A stretch of DNA of 64,000 nt, taken from NCBI GenBank assembly GCA_963720755.1, contig CAVRGP010000013.1:96001-160000 (forward strand). Reading direction: 5' to 3'. Origin of the DNA: an uncultured Chloroflexia bacterium (GTDB lineage Bacteria; Chloroflexota; Limnocylindria; Limnocylindrales; CSP1-4). Positions 57,824 through 64,000 of this stretch are shown piece after piece. Every line of letters begins with the position of its first letter. Position 1 is the stretch's first letter. Made by a program: the position numbers and the translations under genes. The notes beneath the pieces were generated by a model. It had not been told where the DNA came from. It saw only the letters and a list, made by a program, of their open reading frames with translations, and did no database searches.

Positions 57824-59215
57824 GTGAACGTCGGCCGTGTCTTTCTTCGGGCGTCGATGGCCGATCCGCCGGTCGCCGTCGAAGCGCACGGCTCGACCAT
57901 CGTCGATGCCGCCGGACGCGAATACCTCGACGCCGCCGGCGGAGCGATCGTGGTCAACGTCGGTCACGGACGGCGGTCGATCGCCGAGGTGATGGCCGGG
58001 CAGGCCGAACGGCTGGCGTATGCCCATGGCAGCGCCTTCACGAGTGAACCGCTCGAAGCCTATGCCCGCGAGATCGCGCCACTCCTGCCCGTCGATGGCC
58101 CGGCGATCTACCCGGTGTCGGGCGGCTCGGAGGCGATCGAGACGGCCCTGAAGCTTGCCCGCGCCTACCATCTCGCCCGGGGCGAATCGGATCGTCAGAT
58201 CGTGTTCGCCCGATGGGGGAGTTACCACGGCAATACGCTTGGTGCGCTGGACCTGTCCGGACGCAAGCCGCTGCGCCGACCCTATGAAGGCTGGCTCGGC
58301 CGTTTCCGGCACGTCTCCGCGGCCTATCCCTATCGAGCGGACGATCCAGGAGCGAACGCGCTCGGGAGCGCCGAGGACGCGGCCGCCGAGCTGGATCGGG
58401 CGTTCTCATCAGCCGGTCCGCGCACCGTGGCGGCCTTCGTGGCGGAACCGATCGTCGGGGCGACGCTGGCCGCGGCCGTCCCGCCCGATGGCTACTGGCG
58501 GGCGATCGCCGATGTCTGTCGTCAGCATGGCGTCCTCCTCGTCGCCGATGAGGTGATGACCGGGTTCGGGAGGACCGGCCGCTGGTTCGCGCTCGATCAC
58601 TGGGCCGTCAAGGCCGACATCCTGGTGGCGGCCAAGGGCGCCACGTCCGGCTACTGGCCATTCGGGTTCGCGGCCGCGTCGGACGCGATCCACGACGCGT
58701 TGACGAGCAGACCGCCGTTCGTCCATGGGTTCACCTACTCGCACTCGCCGGTCGGCGCGGCGGTCGCCCGGGAGGTCCTGCGGATCCTCCAGGACGAGTC
58801 GCTCGTGGAGGCCAGCGCGACGAAGGGATCTCGGCTGAAGGACCTTGTCATCGATACGCTCGGTGCCCACCCGGCCGTCGGCGAAGTCCGCGGGCGCGGG
58901 CTGATGGTCGGGCTGGAGCTGGTCGCCGATCGGCCGTCTCGGGCCCCGTTCCCGCGTGCGGCACGCGTCGCGGAAGCGGTCGTCCGGGAGGCGCGTCAGC
59001 GTGGAGTCCTGCTCTACTCCGGGACGGGGAATGCGAACGGGGTCGACGGCGACACGATCCTGCTCGGCCCGCCGTTCATCGTCACCGACCCGGAGCTGGA
59101 TCGCATCGTCGAGGTCCTGGCGGCGTCCATCGAGGCGGTCGTCGCCGGTCTCGACGTCACTGCCTCCGGCTCAACCCCTGGATCAGGAGCGCCGCGCCCA
59201 ACCCCAGCAGGATGA
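57824..59215 (+). CDS. Class III aminotransferase
   Basis: SGGSEA, YHGNT, DEVMTGFGRTG, AKG, HGFTY. Confidence 0.9.
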   Translation: MNVGRVFLRASMADPPVAVEAHGSTIVDAAGREYLDAAGGAIVVNVGHGRRSIAEVMAGQAERLAYAHGSAFTSEPLEAYAREIAPLLPVDGPAIYPVSGGSEAIETALKLARAYHLARGESDRQIVFARWGSYHGNTLGALDLSGRKPLRRPYEGWLGRFRHVSAAYPYRADDPGANALGSAEDAAAELDRAFSSAGPRTVAAFVAEPIVGATLAAAVPPDGYWRAIADVCRQHGVLLVADEVMTGFGRTGRWFALDHWAVKADILVAAKGATSGYWPFGFAAASDAIHDALTSRPPFVHGFTYSHSPVGAAVAREVLRILQDESLVEASATKGSRLKDLVIDTLGAHPAVGEVRGRGLMVGLELVADRPSRAPFPRAARVAEAVVREARQRGVLLYSGTGNANGVDGDTILLGPPFIVTDPELDRIVEVLAASIEAVVAGLDVTASGSTPGSGAPRPTPAG

Positions 59216-59726
59216 TCGGCAGGATCAGGCCGCCGAGTGACGCGTTGGCGATATTGACGCCGCCGATGAGCGCGAGGAACCCACCGAACCACAGCTGCCA
59301 GCCGATCCCACCGCCGGACGCGGCGCGCACGGTGGCGATGAACAGGAAGGCGATCCCGAAGCAGAACGTGCTGAGCCCGTCAGCCTCGACCCCGGCCGAA
59401 TTGAGCAGCCCCGGGACCGCGAGGGCCGTGATGATCGCACCCGCATAGAGCGACCCGGTCCCACGGTCGACCGCCCACTTGATGAGGAAGGCAAGACCGA
59501 CCGCGAGGGTCAGGACGGATCCGAGCGCCTCGAAGTCCGGGAACAGCTGCTGGATGAGCAGGAGCCCGCCGAAGACCAGCAGGAAGATCCCGATCCAGGG
59601 CAGTCCGGGCCGGCGCGCGTCATCCGGTCCCCACTCCCAATGGTAGAAGCGGACGCCGGGATCGCCTGGCGGGCGGCCGCCGCTGTCGGGCCCGAGGCGG
59701 GTCACTGGTTCTGGTCGTTCGTCCAT
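59157..59726 (-). CDS. Membrane protein of unknown function
   Basis: About six TM helices; GGAGGAG SD before MDERP. Confidence 0.75.
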   Translation of the reverse strand: MDERPEPVTRLGPDSGGRPPGDPGVRFYHWEWGPDDARRPGLPWIGIFLLVFGGLLLIQQLFPDFEALGSVLTLAVGLAFLIKWAVDRGTGSLYAGAIITALAVPGLLNSAGVEADGLSTFCFGIAFLFIATVRAASGGGIGWQLWFGGFLALIGGVNIANASLGGLILPIILLGLGAALLIQGLSRRQ

Positions 59727-59751
59727 GTCGATCTCTCCTCCGCCAGGGATC

Positions 59752-60744
59752 CTAGTATCCGCGCCCGGGATCCACCATGTTGAGCAATGGCTCGGCGGCA
59801 CGATAGCGGCGGACGTTCTCGATCAACAGCTCGTCGAAGAACTGCAGCGTATGACCCGAGGCATGTGGTGTGACGATGACGTTCGGTGCGTCCCACCAGG
59901 GGCTGTCGGGCGGTAGCGGCTCCGTGCCGAACACATCGAGAACGGCGCCGGCCAGACGTCCCGCCCGCACCGCATCGAGCAGGACCGGCTCGTCGACGAG
60001 CGCGCCACGGGAGACATTGATGAGCCAGGCATCGCCGGGGAGTGCGTCGATGACGTCGCGACCGACGATCCCGCGCGACGCCGGCGTCAAGGGCATCGTG
60101 ATGACCAGGACGTGGGCCTCCGCGGCGACCTCGGCCAGGGCCTCGTCACCGACGATCCGCTCCGGGATGGAGCCATCAGGGTCCCCGGTCCCGGGAACCC
60201 GGAACGACGCATCCGAACGGACCTCCGGCCGCGACTTGACGGCGACGATCCGCATCCCGAGCGCAGCCAATTGACGCGCGACCTCCCGCCCGATCGAGCC
60301 ATACCCGGCGATCACCGCCGTCTGACCGCGGACGATCGAGATGAGGTTTGGCTCGTCCGGTGGCCAGCGATGAGCGGCCTGATCGGCGTCCCAGATCGCT
60401 CTCGGTTGATGGACCCGCAGGACCATCCCGCTCACGTACTCACCGATCGGGATGGCATAGACGCCACGGGCGTTGGTCACGATCACGCCGTTGTCCCAGG
60501 GCGGGTCGGCCGCCAGGTGATTCACCCCGGCCGACGCAGTCTGCAGCCAGCGCAGGGACGGTACGCCGGCGAGATCGGTCGGCACGCGGTAGCCGACGAT
60601 GATCTCGACCTTGTCGTCCACCAGCGTGCGCACGTCGAAGGCGTTGTCTCCGCGCATGTCCACGACGTCGAGGTCGGGGGACAGTGCTCGAAGGCGGTCG
60701 ACCGTGTCGGGTCGCACGGCGGCGTCAAGGAGCAGTCGCATCAC
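59752..60744 (-). CDS. D-2-hydroxyacid dehydrogenase family protein
   Basis: AGYGSIG, INVSRG, LDVF..EPLP, TPH. Confidence 0.9.
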   Translation of the reverse strand: MMRLLLDAAVRPDTVDRLRALSPDLDVVDMRGDNAFDVRTLVDDKVEIIVGYRVPTDLAGVPSLRWLQTASAGVNHLAADPPWDNGVIVTNARGVYAIPIGEYVSGMVLRVHQPRAIWDADQAAHRWPPDEPNLISIVRGQTAVIAGYGSIGREVARQLAALGMRIVAVKSRPEVRSDASFRVPGTGDPDGSIPERIVGDEALAEVAAEAHVLVITMPLTPASRGIVGRDVIDALPGDAWLINVSRGALVDEPVLLDAVRAGRLAGAVLDVFGTEPLPPDSPWWDAPNVIVTPHASGHTLQFFDELLIENVRRYRAAEPLLNMVDPGRGY

Positions 60745-63059
60745 GATGTCGACAGCGCGGAGGTCGGGCTCTCATCGCCGTCATCCTCGACGTGACTGAA
60801 CCCGAGCCGATCGACGAACCGGGCGAGGAACCCGGGCGCCCACCAGTTCCAGCGGCCCAGCACGCGCATCGTGGCCGGGACCAGGAGGATCCGGATGATC
60901 GTCGCATCGACCGCGACCGCGATGGCCATCCCGACCCCGATGCTCTTGATCGTGATGATGTCGGCCAGGGCGAATGCGGCGAAGACGGACACCATGATCA
61001 GCGCGGCCCCGGTGATGACACCGGCCGTCTTGGCCAGACCTTCGGCAACGGACGCGGTGTTGTCCCCGGTCCGCCGGTAGGCCTCCTGGATCCTGGAGAG
61101 CAGCAGGACCTCATAGTCCATCGACAGCCCGAAGATCACGGCGAACATGATGATCGGGTTGCCGGCGATGGTGTACCCAAGCGGCGTGAAGTTCAGCAGG
61201 CCGGACAGGTTGCCCTCCTGGAAGATCCAGACCATCGCTCCGAAACTCGCGGTGATCGACAGCAGGGTCATGATCACGGCCTTGAGCGGCAGGATCACGG
61301 ATCCGAACAGGAGGAACAGGATCAGGCCGCTGGCGAACAGGGTCAATCCGACCGCATACGGAGCGCGCTCCGCCTGCGAGACGAGGAAGTCGTAGCCGGT
61401 TGCCGCGGTCCCGCCGACCTGGGTCGTGATGCCGTTGCCCGGATCGATCGCCCGGATCTCCGGGATGAGGTTGGTCGCTTCCGGTTTGGATGGCGGCAGC
61501 GGACTGATCGCATCGAGGCGAACGGTGGAGCCACGGATGTACTCCGCCTCGAGGGCTGCCAGGCCGGGCGGCTGCTGGTCCGCCGGCAGGGCGTAGAGCG
61601 CGGCGACCTGCTCCGGCGGCAGCGTCGCCCCGGTCTGCGGGTCGGTGATGAGGAACGGGCTCTCCACCCGGTCGATCCCGTCGAGGGCCACCACCTCGGC
61701 GGCGTAGGCATCGAGTGCCTGGATGTTGGCAAGGTCCGTCGGTGAACCCTGGACGTCGGCCAGGATCGTGATCGGCGTGGTCTCGCCCGGTGCGAACTCC
61801 GTCTGGAGGGCGACATAGGCATCGCGGCTCTCAACGCCGGGCGGGTAGATCTCGGCGCCGGGGACGCCCTGCTCGAGGCGGAGGAACGGCGATCCCGCGA
61901 TCAGGAGGATGGCCAGGGTCGGGATGATCACCGCGATCGGATGGCGCATGACGACGTGGGCGACTCGCTCCCATCGGCTCGTGCGGGCGATCTCGACGTC
62001 GTCCGCGATCGGCCGGATCCGATGGCGCAGCCCTCGGATCGAGAGCGCGTTGACCCGGTGGCCGAGCATGCCCAGGACCGCCGGCAGGAAGGTCAGCGCG
62101 AAGGCGACCGACGAGATGACCACCAGCGCGCCGGCGATCCCGATGGACCGGATCGCGGGAGCCGTGAACAGGAGCAGCCCGGACAGACCGATGGCGACCG
62201 CGAGGCCGCTGAACGCCACCGCCTTGCCGGCGGTGGCCACGGCCCGCTCGACGGCTTCACCAACGGTCCGGCCGCGCCGGAGTTCTTCGCGATAGCGGCT
62301 GACGATGAACAACGAGTAGTCGATCGCGAGCGCGAGGCCGAGCATCGTCGCGATGTTGAGGACGAAGATGCTCATCTCGACCGCCTGCGCCACGAGGTAG
62401 ATCAAGGCGAGACTCGTCGGGATCGCGAGGCCGGCCACGAGCAGCGGCATCCCGGCCGCGACGAGCGACGCAAAGACCAGGATCAGCACGACGGCCACGA
62501 CCGGGAGGGAGACGATCTCGGCTTTCTGGAGATCCTTCTCGGATTGATCGGCGGAGTCCTTGGTGATCGGGCCATAGCCGGTCAAGGCGACGGAGTAGCC
62601 CGGCGGCGGTGCGATCGCGTTGCGGATGTCGTCCACGACCGCCACCGACTCCTCATCGGTCAGGTCGAGCTGGATGACCACATAGGCGGCGTCGCCGGCG
62701 GTGCTGATGAACCGTGGATCGCCGGTCTCGGCGTACCCGACGACACCGCTGACGTCCGGTACCGCGCTCAGCCCGGCGAGCGATGCGGCGATCGCGGCCT
62801 GGAACTCGGCCGACGTCGCGTCCGCGCCCGGCGCGTCCGCCCGGAAGAGGGCGATGACCGAACTCTTGCCCGCCCCGTACTCGCTGGCCAGCCGGTTCGA
62901 CACTTCGGCCGACTCGGAATTCGAATCGAGCCAGCCACCTGCCGACAGTGCCGACGAGGTCTGGGTCGCGAGCATGGCACCGGCGATCGCGACGATCGCG
63001 CTGATGACGACGATGGGGCGTCGGAAGCGATAGACGAACGCTCCCCAGCGGTTGAACAT
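60741..63059 (-). CDS. MMPL (RND) family transporter
   Basis: LAIDYSLFIVSRYREE, GLSMDYEVLLLSRI, VDAT. Confidence 0.92.
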   Translation of the reverse strand: MFNRWGAFVYRFRRPIVVISAIVAIAGAMLATQTSSALSAGGWLDSNSESAEVSNRLASEYGAGKSSVIALFRADAPGADATSAEFQAAIAASLAGLSAVPDVSGVVGYAETGDPRFISTAGDAAYVVIQLDLTDEESVAVVDDIRNAIAPPPGYSVALTGYGPITKDSADQSEKDLQKAEIVSLPVVAVVLILVFASLVAAGMPLLVAGLAIPTSLALIYLVAQAVEMSIFVLNIATMLGLALAIDYSLFIVSRYREELRRGRTVGEAVERAVATAGKAVAFSGLAVAIGLSGLLLFTAPAIRSIGIAGALVVISSVAFALTFLPAVLGMLGHRVNALSIRGLRHRIRPIADDVEIARTSRWERVAHVVMRHPIAVIIPTLAILLIAGSPFLRLEQGVPGAEIYPPGVESRDAYVALQTEFAPGETTPITILADVQGSPTDLANIQALDAYAAEVVALDGIDRVESPFLITDPQTGATLPPEQVAALYALPADQQPPGLAALEAEYIRGSTVRLDAISPLPPSKPEATNLIPEIRAIDPGNGITTQVGGTAATGYDFLVSQAERAPYAVGLTLFASGLILFLLFGSVILPLKAVIMTLLSITASFGAMVWIFQEGNLSGLLNFTPLGYTIAGNPIIMFAVIFGLSMDYEVLLLSRIQEAYRRTGDNTASVAEGLAKTAGVITGAALIMVSVFAAFALADIITIKSIGVGMAIAVAVDATIIRILLVPATMRVLGRWNWWAPGFLARFVDRLGFSHVEDDGDESPTSALSTS

Positions 63060-63166
63060 CCGGATGATCCTCTCAGGTCGGTTGGACGGTCGCGATCGGT
63101 CGTGGGCAGCCCACAGAGTACCGGGTGACTCCGCCTCGGGGCTCCGCGGGGCGTAGCATCCTGGTC

Positions 63167-64000
63167 ATGCCTCACGTCCAGACCGTCCTCGGTCCCGTCG
63201 AGCCGTCCGAGCTCGGGTTCACCCTGCCGCACGAGCACACCCAGATCGCCCTCTGGCACATCCAGGATCGCTGGGACTACTGGCAGCTCACCCGGGATCG
63301 GGCCGGGATCCTCGACGAACTCGCCCGATTCAGCTCGGCCGGTGGCGGCTGCCTGGTCGATCTCACCCTGCCGGGTGTCGGACGGGATCCGGCCTGGCTG
63401 CGGGATCTCAGCGAGACGACGGGCCTTCACCTCGTCATGGGCTGCGGCTGGTACCGGACCGCCTACTACCCCGCCGAAGCGAGGATCGACCGGCGGTCGG
63501 TGGACGACCTCGCCGATGAGCTCGTCGCAGAGATCGAGCTCGGGGTGGGGGACACCGGTGTCCGGCCCGGGATCATCGGGGAGATCGGGACGGACAAGCC
63601 ATGGGTCTCACCGGCCGAGGAGCGAGTCCATCGCGCCGCGGCACGGGCCGCCCGTCGAACGGGCCTTGCGGTGACCACCCACGGGGTCCTGTCAGATGTC
63701 GGGCAGGCCCAGCTGGGGATCCTCGAGGAGGAGGGTCTGGACCCGGCCAGGGTCGTCATCGGGCACGCCGACTCGTATCCTGTACTCGACCACTACCTGA
63801 CCATCATCGAGCGCGGCGCCAACCTTGAATTCGACTTCCTGGGGATGCCATGGAAGGCGGAGCACCACGGTGAGGATCGGACCGTGAGCCGCCTGCTGGA
63901 GCTGCTCGAGCGCGGCCACGTCGGCCGGATCCTGCTGTCGCAGGACGTGTGCAACGACAGCCAGCTCAAGCGCCTTGGCGGGAACGGCTACACATACCTG
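63167..64000 (+). CDS. Phosphotriesterase-family (Php-like) metallohydrolase, runs off window end
   Basis: Manual translation MPHVQTVLGPVEPSELGFTLPHEH...IGEIG...TTH...IGHAD...LLSQDV. Confidence 0.88.
   Translation, partial: MPHVQTVLGPVEPSELGFTLPHEHTQIALWHIQDRWDYWQLTRDRAGILDELARFSSAGGGCLVDLTLPGVGRDPAWLRDLSETTGLHLVMGCGWYRTAYYPAEARIDRRSVDDLADELVAEIELGVGDTGVRPGIIGEIGTDKPWVSPAEERVHRAAARAARRTGLAVTTHGVLSDVGQAQLGILEEEGLDPARVVIGHADSYPVLDHYLTIIERGANLEFDFLGMPWKAEHHGEDRTVSRLLELLERGHVGRILLSQDVCNDSQLKRLGGNGYTYL

Overview
This is a high-GC (about 70% by eye), gene-dense bacterial chromosomal segment. Gene style suggests Chloroflexota/Actinomycetota-like soil or sediment bacteria, which is inference only. 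I found about 60 CDS and one tRNA-Gly(TCC), and no rRNA, CRISPR array, transposase or integrase. Blocks from left to right: (1) GNAT, DUF885-like and GntR genes, then glycogen metabolism (GH57, glgP, glgA) and an RhlE helicase. (2) A poorly characterised ion/polyphosphate block: secreted EF-hand protein, SHOCT protein, frameshifted SulP, P-type ATPase, PPK2, DUF6325-like protein, a tandem-repeat peptide and a DUF2252-like protein. (3) acr3, gene remnants, tRNA-Gly, a Ser/Thr kinase and an ABC transporter. (4) Metal uptake: FTR1, a NiCoT-like permease and a Fur-family regulator. (5) fabI and an aminotransferase/aldehyde dehydrogenase/CoA-transferase set. (6) The most notable feature, a ~15.6 kb anaerobic redox locus (42.1-57.7 kb). 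It holds a group 3b [NiFe] sulfhydrogenase with fused beta-gamma subunits, a maturation protease reading in-frame into a split NifJ-like 2-oxoacid:ferredoxin oxidoreductase interrupted by a CBS gene, hypC, EamA, a DUF6390-like gene, a hemerythrin-like gene, and a DsrE-TusA-DsrE-TusA-SQR-like sulfur relay. DosR-like palindromes recur at its promoters. (7) Aminotransferase, 2-hydroxyacid dehydrogenase, MMPL and a phosphotriesterase-like gene. All family calls come from motif recognition by eye; no database search was run.
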